From a virus (lineage: Duplodnaviria > Caudoviricetes), in the IMG/VR virus record IMGVR_UViG_3300025168_000093, positions 1 to 59,526 of that record: a DNA stretch of 59,526 bases. One strand, given 5' to 3'. How positions within the stretch are numbered: position 1 is the stretch's first letter; each line of letters begins with the position of its first letter. A program made the translations under genes and the position numbers. Positions 35,077-50,000 of this stretch are shown here, in pieces. The notes under the pieces were generated by a model, which saw only the letters and a program-made list of their open reading frames with translations, was not told the origin of the DNA and made no database searches.

Positions 35077-38000
35077 GTGACAGTAATCGGTAATACCAAT
35101 AAGGCTTTTTTCTTTAATGGTGTTACTGATAGTATAATAATACCTCAAGGTAGTTTTAGTAGAGTTGGTAGAGCAACACCCGAAGGCCAATATGACGTAA
35201 GGGGTATTCTTAATCCATCAGGTAAAGGTGGCGACTCATCTATTACATCGGGTAAATTTGGAGCGGAAATTACAATAGAGGCTTGGGTTATGCCTGACCA
35301 AGGTGGAGTTGTTTTAGAAAAAGAAGGCTTGGTCCATCTAAAAGTTGGAGAAATACATGAAGCAGCACCTATAGAATTCAAAATATTCTTACATAACGGT
35401 GTATCTTTAGAACAACATACAATATCCACCGGGGACTATAATGGCACAAGATATGTTGGAAACATATACCCTTTAAGCACCTTGAATGGTATGCATGACA
35501 AAAATGATACCGATTTAAATAGAAATCATAGACCTTTGATGCAAGTAGTAGCATCATATAATTCCGGTAAAATTCAAATTTATGTTAATGGGGTTTTGAT
35601 GGCAGAAAAAACATTACCTAATGCTGAATACCGCATACCGGATAATCAAGATAATCTATATGTTGGTGGTAAGGGCGGGAAATTTCGTGGAATTATTGAA
35701 GCGTTACACATATCAAGAGGATTTGATGAATCTATATTTAATCGCATTGCTCCTATAAAAAACGATAATACTCTCTTGTTATATAGATTTGAAGAACCTA
35801 TCTCAACTTTTGATGATGTATATACAACGGACGCATCTGCGTCTTCAGGTGCAACAGAAGTAAGCACTAGCGTGGCTAATGCTACTGCTATAGCCACTAA
35901 ACTTCTAGGTACTAGTGTCACTAGTGGCACAGTAACTTTCACCGATTCTCCTTACAGTAGCGGCAATTACAAAGTTATCCAAAGCACATCAACAGGTACT
36001 ACATCTCACGATGTTCCACATGTGCCTTATAATCTTCTAATGAACCCTAGTGGTGTTGATAGATTAACAAAGAAACCATCGAATAAACCACCTGAAAGAC
36101 TGAGAATACAAAGTATCAATCTCACCAATGGAAATATTGAAGTCAAGAGTATACATTTAGATTTCAGTGTTGATAATAACGGACAAAGAGGTACATTACA
36201 TGCATACGACAGTGGCTCTGAGTTCATTTTGATTGGAGCAGATTTACTAATAGATTCGTTAGGTAATCCCTATCAACCCCCTCACTATTCTTCTAGAGTA
36301 ATAGATAGAACAGGTCAGATGGTAATAGATGAAGGACCATTAGAACAACACGGATTTGTATATTCTTCCAATATGGCCGATAGTGCTACAGATACTGATA
36401 ATCCTTATGCTGTAACATGGCCTACTGCTATAAATCAAGCAATGAAAATTGGACATTCGGGTAGACATACCTTAAACCACGTAGAAGGACATCCGTATTT
36501 GAGACAATTACCTCCCGCTGATAGAGAAATAGTTCAAATGAAATCAGATGGTGCTGCTGATATTGTTAATTTATTTTATGAAAATTCTTTCGATGGTATA
36601 GAAAATCAAATAAAAACTAATTCCGAAGTTGATTATTATAGAAAAACCGGCACTTATGGGATAAATAGAGTTGTTAATACCGCTAGTGCCAATGTGATTT
36701 TCAATAATTATAATGCGGTAGGCAGTTCAGCCAACACAAGTCGTAAAATGATAGCAATAGGGGGAGCAGGGTTTGATGTAACTCCTTTCTTTTTGAAAGC
36801 ACCAATTCTAGAAAAGGGTATGGATTGTGATGGTAAAATGCGTACTCATCACATTAGACCTAGTAAAGAAAGTAGAGTCGCTTTATTGAATATCCCTACT
36901 TTGGCTAGTAGTTATGCTATGGCGCCTTATGTAGAAGTACATTACAATGCTATAGATTTAACAGGGGAAAGTATGACTGCCGCCGTTGCAGCCGGCTCAT
37001 TTTCCACTGGTGTAAAATATATCATAGTGTCTTCAGGTAACACAGATTTCATTGCTATAGGTGCTGCTGAAGATAAGGTAGGAGTTTCCTTTACGGCCAC
37101 TGGCTCAGGTTCAGGCACTGGAACTGCTAGACCTTATCAACCAATGTTGATGGTAGAAAAAACAGTTCCTTCAGGAGATACTCAAATAACCCATAATGAC
37201 ACATCTACTACAATATATCAATTAATAGCATCCTCTATTAGTAGCGGTTTAACCTTATATGCGCCCGGAGGTTATATAGATATCAACAGCAGTGATGTAG
37301 CAGTAGCACAAGATTTCTTTAATCCTCATTCTTTATCAGGAGACAATAGCGAAGGTTATGATGCTGATTTAACTATTGATGATAGTCTTTCTGTTGCTAA
37401 TTATGCCGCTTATACTGTGGATTCTAACGAAAATAAAACACCTGTAATAATAGAAGATTCGACTCATACCACAACAAATCATAAATCCATATTTAGTAAA
37501 ATGATTATAGAAACAGTGGACTCAGAGAAAGATATGGTTGATTTTTCTGATTATAGTAGAAGAGATGTTGTCTCTACTGGGAGTGCTTCAGGGGAACCTG
37601 ATGTTTCTATAACATCTTCTTATTCACCAATATATGAAACATTTGACATTATAGATAATGTAGAAATAAATACGGTAGATAGCGACACAAGAATAATACT
37701 TCAACCTTCAGATAGAAAAAGAATAAATCAATTGTTTTATCTTCAAGATAATCTAAATACCAAAGAAGCGACTAATGTAGCATCTTTACATTATTTGTTG
37801 TCGCGTGCTAAAGTTAAATCTGTGGAAAAAAGCAATAACGATAACGGCGGTAATTATACCAAAATAGAATGTTGGGGTATACAAACCAATGTGTCAAGCA
37901 AAAATGCTAGTGTCATCGGGTCTGGTAGCCCTGATTCTCATGTGGTTAAAGAAATAGAGCCAAATGCTCCTGTGGTTAGTGTTACTCTAGGTGGACCGGG

Positions 38001-41000
38001 ACAAGGCGGAGTTGACACTAAACCTACATTCTCAAAGAGTCCTTTTAGCCATGCTCCTTTTTCTTCAAGAAGAGCCTATGCGGTGTCCACTACATCCATG
38101 GTTTACGATAATTTATCTAGTGATTTTAAATTAAATGTGCAACCCATAAACAACCAATCAACCGATATGAAAAGTTGGGGAACTTTTGGTTTTCCAAAGA
38201 TAGGTAGAGTGTATTTCTCCGATGGTAGTAGCGCAAAATATGATAGTAAGGGTGGTAATCAATTTACTTTTGGAGTAGCGACAGCCGGTGATGGAGATTA
38301 CCTTACTAGTGAAGGTGTAGAATTTTTACACATTTTACCCTTGTTGAAAGCAATAGGTGTAACAAATAATCAAGCAACGGGTGTAACAGGAACCTTTGCC
38401 CTGAATGTAACGCTATATAGCGAACCCGATATAGAGGGAGCGTCAATTGAAAACGGTACTAATGTCAATGATAGAATGTTCCAAGCAATGAGCGATGTTA
38501 CACATGATTACCAATTAAGCACACAATACGCTAGCACAAGGGCTTTGGTGGAAATTCCATTCTTTTCAAATCAATTCTTTGATAATAAAAACCAAGGAAC
38601 TTTTATTGGCCCCGATAATGCATTTAAAATTCATTTAGATGGAACCAATACAGCACACACATACAATCCTAGTCCTGTAGGCAGAAGACCAATAGATGTC
38701 ATTCCGGCAGATAGAGAAGCGCAATCGGCATATTCCATACCTATAGATGAGAAAAAATTCAAGAAATCTTCTAGAATAATTAAATGGGATTCTTCTAACA
38801 ATCGTTTGTATGTTAAGGATGCATCAGTATATCCTGTACCATCTGCTTCCGGTGCCTACAAAAATCTAACATCTGTACCTAGGTTTAGAAGGGTGTTTTT
38901 GTCTAGTGGGGAATGGGCTTTGTATAGTGCAGTCAATACATCTGATAATTATTTAACAGTGCCAACTGCTAGTTATCGTTTCTCTACTGGGTTCTTAGGA
39001 GAAGTCAGGCAATCCGACAATTTACCTTTGTATGTAGGTGGTCCTTTACCTAATGAAGTCATAGATGCAATATCCTCAGATGCCTATACACCCTCTTCTG
39101 ACTTTGAAGATAGGGGTGAATATTATTATGACCAAGCGAGTGCGCTGACTCAGGGTGGGAATGTTGACTACGGATTACGGCAGTATGTCAGCGCTGTTTC
39201 TTTCAGAGGTGGTCCCGAAACCAATCCGAATGCTCCTCGTATTCAGACCAAAAGAGCGAGTGGTACAATTCTGGGCATCACAGAAGAAGCGACTTCTAAC
39301 GGTGGGTATACAGTCTTGGTTTCATTATCTGAAGAAGACTTCAATCAGTTTCCTAATCTTGGTTGCCGCGATACTGATACTGCGAGTATAGGTGCAATAG
39401 GCGGCGTGCTTTACGAAGCAATTGTAAATTATATACACCCTTCTACGGGTGTTGGTACAGATTATGTTTTTCATTACTATGGACCCTTAGATACTATCAG
39501 CGCATCATCTGTTACTGTGCCTAATTCGGCTATAGTTTTGGCTCATTATCAAAACGCCGCTTATCCTGTAGATGGAAGCGGGGACAATACACTTTGGGGC
39601 ACTCTTGTTGGTTCTACTATTACTGTAACTAAAAAGACTAGAAGAGTCATGTTCGATGAATATTTATCGGGTTTGACTGCTGGTGCTACACCTAAATTAG
39701 CAGATGGTTCTACACTTCGCACTTTCGCAACAACCAATCCCCTCTATAGAGAATTGATAAATAACATACATTTTGGTGCTGTGTATGCTTCACACAGTAG
39801 CGGAGAAATAATAGTTTCAGGAACAAACTCTTTACAAGATTTATTTGATTTTAATTTAAGAATAGGGGATAAGGTATTTTACAAATATAACAATTCAGGC
39901 ACATACACAATAGGTTATTTGGGCGAAGTTACAAAATTCATAGCCCATGCCAATGGTTTGAAGTTTGTTGTGGCTGTTACACCTGCAAGCGATGTTAACA
40001 CACAACTTACTGCTGGAAGCAATGCTGAAATTGGGGTGTTGGTGAATGATTACACAGATGCTGACGCTATACTCAATTCAACATGGTTGAACCCATATGC
40101 ACCGGGTGGTTTCCGCAATGGAGATACTGTGTGGGCTAATATGTCTTACAATAACCCACACGCAGTTGAGGGATTATTTGCTAAGAGTAGAGGTGTGTAT
40201 AATGACGGAGAAGTGTGGACTGAGTTCAACGAAGGTGAAGGAAACTTAGCGGCTAGTAATCCTAGAGACAGTATACCTCTAGAAAACTTCTTGATAGGGG
40301 ATAATTGTCTTGAAACTGCTAGAAATTATGCACAACATGTGAATAAAACGATAGAAGAAAATTACAAGGCTTTGGGTTTAGCAGCAACCGATGCACCCAC
40401 TATTGCTTATGTTGACCCTTACATGGCTACAGAAGACGAAGCAAGAGTTCTGCTGTATGATGTTGCACACGATAGAGAGTTTATTGCATTTCAAGATATA
40501 CACATGCAAGTACAATCTTCAGCAGATACTACGCACATAGGTTGGAAGAGAGATATTGTAGAAGGTACTGCTACTACTATGACAGATTTAGCCACGAGGT
40601 TACCTGCGATTAATGGTGCTGCTCCACACGCATGGGCTACTCAAATAGATGTAGCAAATGGTTATCCTTCGCAAAATCCTTTGATTCGTGCTACACAACA
40701 ATCGAGATTTATGGAGTCTGCTTATGCACACGATTTGGCTAATAGACAAAGCGACGACTTAACAGGCACAACTGTGTATTCTAACACTGCACAGCAGAAT
40801 AATTACACCAAATTGTATGGAAAAGCACACGGACACTTTGTGCATACAGGCCATAGTATTGCAGGTAATGCTTCTAAGTTTGCACATTCAATGAGTAATC
40901 CTTGGAGAAACAACGAAAGTGTTGCTAACAGTAATGTTGCTGCTACATATCATAAGTTGTCTAGGAGGACTAATGGAAATTTCTTAGATAATTTGATGAA

Positions 41001-44000
41001 AATTAGAGAAACAAGCACTAGAAGTTTACGAGACCCTTCAACTTTCTTTGATACTCCTGATGGTACTAGAGTTATACCAGCGTTCTTGTGTCTAAAGGGC
41101 ATTAGAAGTTCATCTTTAGACTTAAGCAACCATACTGAGAGCAGGTTACAACACCTACCACAATGGAAAGACATGGACTTTGTAAGAAGATTAACAATAG
41201 ACATGGGTGAAATAGCACAAAGTCAAAACGTAACAAATGTAGAAAGCGCAGCATTAGAAATAGTTAGAAAGATTAACCAATATGGTGCACTAAACGCTAG
41301 AGTAATAGACAGCAAAACTCTAACAACTGTTTTCGATGTTGGTTTAGGAGTATCATCAACTGCTATATTAGGTGGCTCTGCTCATGACCCTGCTGTATGG
41401 TGGGATGAAGACAAAGCCTTTGCTAACGGTGACAGCGGTACACACATGGGTTATCTTAGAGCACACATAGGTAGAGAAGTAGAAGATTCTGAAGGTAATG
41501 CTGGTTTTACTGTAGTTATACACAGCACTGTGCCGGGTGCTAGTGGAAGAAATTTTTGTGTATGGTTGGATAATAGCAAATCACAAACTATCTATAATCC
41601 TGATTTCTTGGTTGGACACGGAGGTAGATGGCGTAACTTTTGGGCTTTACCTGAAGACATAGAAGGAGAAAACATGCATCCTGCACCTATGCCTTTAGAT
41701 AAAAACGGCAGACCTTTTGCGCCGATTACAACACTAAAACAATACATTCAAGATGTTGAAACCGCAGAAGATGTGTTGTCAGTATCTGACTTCGGCAATG
41801 AGCAGTACACCGATTTAATGTCTTTATCGGATGTTGTGGGCGGCAAGAACCACAATTCAGTTAATAGAGATTCTTTTGAATTAGAGGGCAGCACTTCAAC
41901 TATAATTGAAGGGTTGAGAGTTGGTAAAAACTCCATTGGAAGAATTAATTTCGGTGGTCTAGTTGCTTCGGGAATACCCGGTTGGAGTCCAAACGCAGGT
42001 ACATGGGGCATAGGTCAGATTGGCGATACTAATTTGAATAACAGATATGGTGAAGCATCTAGTAATTGGAATGTTGCCGAACTTGCACATTTGCCCACTA
42101 CATCTGATGTGGTACAAGAAACTGTAGGAAAATCTGATTTATACGCTATAAGAATACAAGACCATCGAGGAGACTATCATGGTATACGTTACATATACAA
42201 GAAAGTAGGAGATGCATTTTCTAACTCTAAAACAAAGGTACCTAATACACTAAATGAAGAAATGTGTATCTTTTTCGATGATAGCGATGTATCACAAGGC
42301 GGCTTTACTATAGGTAGTTCGGTAATTGGCAGCGGAGATGCCACTGGACGCATGGTCACTACCGCTAGTCATACTGCACAAAGTTGGAGAGGCGCTAGAT
42401 GGAATGCTGTACCTTCGCCTAGTGTAGGAATAAGAATGTCTTTGGTCATAGCAGATAATAGCATAACTGCAAATCCTAGTGCACCATACGATAGTTTGTC
42501 GCACCCCGATGTCTTAGGTTATCTAGGATTTCCTAAAACAAATGGTGTGTTGCAAATTACTCCTGCTGCTTCTAATGGGAGTGAAGAAGGAAGAGTTATT
42601 TCTTATGAAAGCAGAGCAGGAAATATTTTCTACGGTTTGAAAAATAAACCTAGTAATGGTACAGTTATACATATAGTATCACCCACTTTAAATTGGACAA
42701 CTTTGTTAACAGACGAATTGATGGCCGCTGTAACCGCTGCTGCAATTAATGTCGATGGTAGTACGTATTTCGATTGCACGGACATGTATGCATCAGATGG
42801 TAAGACTTTTGGAGAATGGGGAGTTTCTCCTAATGCTATACGGATAAAACCTTTTAATACCAAAAAATCCATCACACCTTTATCCAAATTATTTACTGCT
42901 GTTCTAGCACCTGATTTAGGTATTCAAGCCGCTCATTTAGAATTCGGTGAAATAGAAAAAGCAGATTTAACTAATACTTGGGCCTTTGGTAATAATAGAG
43001 CATATACAGATGCAGAAATAGACGCAAGTAAGAAAATAGATTGTGGATATATACCTAACACTTTATTACAAATCTCGACAAAATCAAAGGGACCTAATGG
43101 AAACACTGCTTCACCAGTAATGGTTGATAGTAGTAATAATCCTATCAGTACAGCGATATGGAAAAAGAATCTTACCGGTGAAAACTATACTGCTGTGTGC
43201 GGAGACCACATATTACCCAAGATAGAAAACCCTATCCTCCAAATTGATATCAGTACGTTTGGTGATAATGATTGGGCTTCAAATACAAAATTCAAGAGCG
43301 TAACTAGTGCTTATCATTTCTTGATACCCGCTAGTACATATGACCACTCCGAGCACGAAACCGAGGTTCGTTCATTTGGTGAAATTACAAGAGTTCACTT
43401 TGATGACGAAAAGAGCGTTGTATTAACTAGTGTAGCAGATGAAGAAAGTACGGGCTTTGCTTCGCACAATTCTATGGTTTGGAATGCCGATACTGAAATT
43501 AATTGGCCTTCCACTAGGTCTACTACAGATGACTTCTTACACAGACACTTAGAATCTAAATTCGCTGGCATACGTTCCATAGGTAGTGTTTTCTCCGAAC
43601 CTTTGGTGTATTTCAGAGGAGGTAAATCTAGTGTAGACCATAGCGTTCCTTTGTTCTTCGGAGGGGGTTTCAGCGGAGTAGTCATGGATGTAAACGATGG
43701 CACAAAGAACGACTACTCAAAGTTCTATACACATCCTTATGCAAATGGTCCTACTGGTACAGCAGGAATTCAAAATGCCAACGAGATATCAACTAGTTTC
43801 GCTATGTTGGATTGCAATGCTATATTATCATTTTTCCCCGGAACTGCTTTATTGAACCAACATAGAGCGAGTCCTCTTCCACCCTTCTTCAATAAAGACA
43901 ATGTGTTAAGTACAGATTTAAACAGAACAGGAACCACCACAACAGGAGATGTGGTCAAGGCCAAAGCAGTTCCTTTAGTTCTTAGATTTCCACACCCTAC

Positions 44001-47000
44001 AGCACGTTACGAAGACCATATCAATGGTAAAGAAAACAAAACTACCTACCTTGTATTTGGTCCGGGGCAGGCTTTTCCAATAAGAGAAGAAACGGAGGTT
44101 TCAAATCCAAAAGAGCCTCATCCGGGGCGTGTTATTACTACTGGTGCATCTATACTAGGAGACTCATTCACTAGAGTGCCTTTGATGACTAATACTTTCC
44201 ACAACCACATAAACAATGCTGACAGGAATTATTTACCTCCTGATAAATGGGAGTATCTTGCTAACGCATCATATCATTGGCGTAGCGTAGTTAACTGGGA
44301 AACACCAGCAGGTTATTCTTTAGGTAGAACATACAAACAAAGACCTTCACATGGTAGAATGTATGGTCAAATGTTGTGGACGGAATCTTCTTATGATGGT
44401 AGAACTCAACCTTTGAATCATACCCCGATGTTGGGATATGGTATTGCTACTGCTTCAGACACTGTGTTCCATATGGACGGTGGTTTCCACCCCGGCGGTA
44501 GTTGGCTTGACGACCAAATCACATTCAATCCTGCAAAGGGTAGCGCATCAAGAATGAGTGTTTCGGGTTACTCTAAGATTAATCCTACAGCATTCCGTGT
44601 TGCTGGTCCTATGTTAAAGACAATAATAACCGGTACTTCTGCAATAGACGAAGATGACACAGATATGGAATACATAGTAATTGATGGTACTAGATGCCAA
44701 AACGGTGAAGAATTAGCCACTGTTATTGGAGCAGCGATAAACACGTTCCCCGGCGCTGGTGCACTCAAAGCAATGGGTGGTACACACATGCCTAGTATGG
44801 GTAATGCCATGAGACAAGATAGATATGGATGGGTGGACATAGGTAATGCTAGTGGTACATATGAATCTAGTAGCCAACCTTACTATATCGAAAGTGCGCC
44901 TGTTGCTCCCGCTGATGTGGATTTATTAAAAAATCTCCCTGCTTCAGGTTGGCTAAGAGGCGATATAACTGGTACGGCTAGTAATGCATCATACGCATGT
45001 TACTTTATGAAACAAATATATTTCACTAATAGTAACTATGTCGCTAGATTCTATTTAGCGCCAAATAAAAAAGTTGGTGGCACAGCACCTGATAAAGGAT
45101 TCTTGCACAATAATAGCGGGGTTTCTCCGAATACAGGTAGAAAATTGTATGTGTGGTCGAAAAGCGGAATTATCAGATACAACAACGAAACTGATGCTGC
45201 ACGCGACCACATGACTCAAGCACACTTTTCAGGCATAGTAGATGCAGTAGATAGAACAAAACCTACGGGTGTGGTTGGATGGCATGGCGAAAGATATTCT
45301 AAACTTAACAGTTTAAAGATAACTAAAAGCATAATCGTTAACGGAAGTACATCGAACACAACCGGTTATGCTTCAGGTTTGGGTGCCTATCATTCATTGC
45401 TCAATTTCTCACCGTATGGTTCTGCCAGCACAGTAATGAATGTTTATGGACATTTACCGCAGATAGCACCTATATATGCTAGTCCTGAATCTACTAGTTT
45501 ATTGGATGGAGGTTTTAGTGCTTCAAATCAAAAAGCATACATAGACAATGTATATGCTTCTAACACTATAGGTGCCACATCTAGAGGCTACACATTCAAA
45601 GATGCTGAAGATGCTGCACCTTACAATCTATCGGCAGAACCCACTAATTATGAATTTAGCAACAAGTCGAGTAATACTAGTTTGTTGCCTGAAGGCATGG
45701 AACACCCACAAGGAGTTTATGCTTCGGCTTTCCTAGTAATATCTTATGAAAGCGAGTTGGCTTTGGTAGCCAAGAGAGATAGAGATGGCGTAGTAGCGGC
45801 AGGAGATTGGTTGTATCTAAAGCAAGCAGGCGGTAAAGCGAATGCTGGTACCACTGCTTGGGATGAGAGGATTCACGGTCAAGACCGCTTCACTGCTCCT
45901 GCCAACGCTGGTCCAAATGTAGAGGCTCTGATAGCAGATGGTACTGTGGTTCCTACAGGAAACATAGGAGCAAATTGGATTGATACACTCTTTAGTGAAG
46001 CAAATCACTACTCCTCCAACGTACAAATATACAAACTCATGCATGGTGCTGTTTCTACAGACTTATATCTTTCAAATGCTACGCCTGATAGAGCAAAAAC
46101 AGGCGATTTAATACATGACTTAGATTATTCTCCGGGTTCTTATAATCTCCAATCAACCGATACAGAAAGAAACGTAGTAGAGGATAAGTATAGCGGCACT
46201 GCATATACAGCAAAAACCGGATTTTCAAATCAATATTGGTTATCTGATGTTAATGGTTATCAAACATACTCAAACACAGCAGGTAGAAATTTCTCTGTAG
46301 AGAACATTGTATGGAAAAGAATGGACGGTGGAAATCTAAGTCTACCTACCTTAGATGCTAGAGGCATGGGTGCTGTGCCTTTCATCACTAGAGTAAATAG
46401 TGATACTGCTTATTTAACAGGTGAAAAGATATACGGCAACGTGAGGTTTACTTTTGAAACAACCAATTCTTCTATGATGCCGGTCTTACAAGCACAGGAA
46501 TTATCTCATCCTCAATTAGCATCTAGTAACCCCACTTTGGTTATGAATGCTTTACAAATTCCAAACGAAGAATTACAATTTGAAGAAATGTCAGTTATAG
46601 ATGATACAGGTCAGTTGCATGTAATAGAAGGCGGAAGTCCATTAGGGACTATCATCAGAGCATTTAATCTCAATGATTTTGCTACACAAAAAACAGGTAG
46701 TGTGTTTGATGTTGGTTTAGGAGTTTCTTCTGATACAGTAAATGTAAAAAAAGGTCCTGCATTGGCAAATTCAGGATTTACACCAACACTAGCAGTGCAA
46801 CTACCTGACCCAAATTCAATACCCGGCAACATAGTAGTTCGTTCAGGATTCGACCCAATACAAGCATATCAAAACGAAACTTTTGGTTCAGGTGGTATGC
46901 ACCATCCCGGCGATGCATCTACTAGATTGAGTAGATTCTTTGATAACACCTTTGGTGCTACACAAGGACACCCCACATATGAAGAAACAGGATGGGAAAA

Positions 47001-50000
47001 ATACGATGTGTTGACTAAAAGAAGTTCTGTTGGCGGCTTTAACAGTAATGGACTTAGAGGTGCTTATGAATTACATGATAGAGCATTATTCTTCCATGTT
47101 ACTAAGATGGGTCACACTAACACACACCGTTATCCCAATGTGTATGCTGGTGGTAATGTAGTTAGCCAAACTTTGCAATTCACCGAAATTTCAGGTACTG
47201 TCGTTACTGTAAATGCAGCACCAAATGCTTATGTGTGGAAAAGAGGTTCCGATGCTACCGATTTTGGTTCTAAGGAAGATAACGACCATAGAAGGTATAT
47301 GCGATTATACAACGATGCTGGTTCTAGCGGAATTGCTACTTATACAGGAGTTAGCGGTAGCACTTTTACAGGAGTAAAAGTAGATGCTGATTTCTCTAAT
47401 CTTGTGGCCGAAGGCGGCACACTTTACCTAGTGCCCTCATACTACATACCAGCAGGTAGTAATCGTTTCTTTGCTGCTAATAGATTAAGAGACCATGCTG
47501 AAGTTAGCGGTAATTCACCTGATATGGCACACACTGAATACATGACTAGTGTAACTAACGCACATACTAGATATTCTAAACCTGTAATGACTCCAATGCC
47601 TTATCCAAGAATGGGGCATCACTTTGTAAACGCTACAATGCCTATGTTACCGGGACATTGGGCACACCCTGTTTATCAATCTCTGTACAAGAAAAACAGA
47701 GCAGAGTATTCGTTGTTAAAACAAAGTATGGATAGCACTGCTTTGCAAGATAGAATCATAGCAGTTAATCAGTTCATACCAACTAAATCCGATTTAGGAA
47801 CAACGTATTCCGACTCATTAAACCCCATGGAAGCAGAAATAAACTTTAGCGCTATCAATGCTGCACCTAGTGGTCCTTCAGATTTACACGGTGGTGCATT
47901 TACATTGATGTTTGAGACAGCAGTTAAATGGGACGGTTATGGTATATTAGCAAGTGCTGGCGATGCTGGTCAAATAAACAAAGCAGGGGGGCATAGTATA
48001 GTTTTGCAAGCCGCTGCTTCATACACTTTAGCAAATCATTTCCCTGACCCTGCTGAAGTAGGGGCTTATCAGATAATAATACAACCTAATCTTTTCAATG
48101 ACCAAATAGGCGGTGCAGAACTTACTGCTTCGTATAAAATCACTTCACAACAGGTTAACACTGTTATTGGTATAAGACATAATGAGGTAGAGGTTGGTGG
48201 TATGACTCTAATTTTAGCACGTTCTACACAAGCAGATGTGAGAGGTTGTGAAGTCATGGTGAATGAATTAATGTTAGATTTAGATGCTGATTTCGCAAGC
48301 CAATTCACTAAAATACCCTCTTTATTATTATACAATCCTTATGGTGTCAATCTAAATGAAAGTCCTTCCTTTACTAGAAGAGGATTTCCTTATGCGCCTA
48401 TGTTTTCAGATTCTACACCCGGCGTAACTTTGAATGTACCATGGTGGAGTACACTCCATGGCGATGTATCTAGTGATGATATATCGAATGATGAAGGTTA
48501 CAGAGGGTTGGCTCAATCTTCGCCGCATGATTATTATTCATTCTCCAGAAGTACATATGGGAGCATAGGTAACACACTAACTATTCAGGGATATCCCACA
48601 GTGCATCCTGAAATTTATTCTCACACATTACAAAATGTATCTAAATTACCAACTTGTAAAGTAGTTTCTTTCAATGCAACGAATAAAACCATAGTAGTTG
48701 ATAACGCTAGTGCCTTCCCTTCAAAGCCTCGTTTTGGTGAGAAGTTACAATTTAGAGCAAGAAGTGGTTCTGCTGGTGGGACTTCTATCTATAGAGCATC
48801 ATATACCAAAAGACACGGTTATGCAGCCGGAGAAATCAACCTTCCTGTAACTTTTACCATAGGTGTTTCAAGTAACAGTGCATCATTCTTTACAAAACTA
48901 TATGATGGAGCAATATTATCTCTTGTTAATTCAAAGTCATACTTCGATAAATCAAAAAGCGTATTTAAAAATAATATATCTGAAATTGGAAAAGGAAGTA
49001 ACGATACTAATAATTTGCATCCTCCTGATGCTTTTATCTGCCTATGGCATGAAAACTTAGGTAGGCCATACACAGTGTATTCAGATGATGCTAACCGCGC
49101 TTGGAATGCCGAACCTGTCAATGCTGACAAATATAACTCGCTACCTGAACACTTTGAAACCATACATTACCATTCTGCTACATATGCTATGAGCATGGGT
49201 CCTTTTTCTCTTAAAGTGAAAGGACAAAAAACAACAGACCGCGCTGGTGCAGTGTACGATGCAAGTAATCTTAATGATACCGGAGCCTCAAGCACTAGCG
49301 AATTCGGTTCTATACTCTACAACAGATATTGGCCTTGTGGAAGTAGAGGTGGTCCACAAGCAAGCAGTTTGGAAACATATACTCTAGCATCTGCATCTTG
49401 GACTAAACCCGGCAACCATCAATCTATGGGACTTATTTGGACTGACGATGGAGACTTTTCAGGCGCTGCTACCAACGCTGGTTCTTTTGTTACCGGTGTA
49501 TTGTATAGGATAACAACCACAGGTAGCACACCGGAATTTACAAACGTGGGTTCTGCTAACAACACAGTCGGTACTTATTTCACTGCCACAGGAGCAGGTA
49601 GTGGTACCGGTACTGCTGATAAGATATACAGCGCAACTGTAGGCATAAGCACAGATACTAACGATGATGGTTCAGCCGATAGCACTGACCTAAGAAGAAG
49701 ATTTGGCTACAGAATTTCACTAAAACAAGCGCATAATAGACCTCGTTGGGGATTATTACCTGCTCGCGCTGTGTACGAAGGCGCTAAGAGCGGTAGTGCT
49801 TATAATACCACAAATTACGATGCTGGACCTATTGTGCAAATGGAAGCACACGGTAGTATACCATTGCTATACACAGGGGTATTAGAAAGAATGACTAACT
49901 TCACAGGGATGTTAAATTTAGATATAGCGGGTCAACAAGTAAGATATTCTCAAGGTAGGAGAATGACAAGGGCTTTTGGTGCTCCACTTAGAACACTGAG

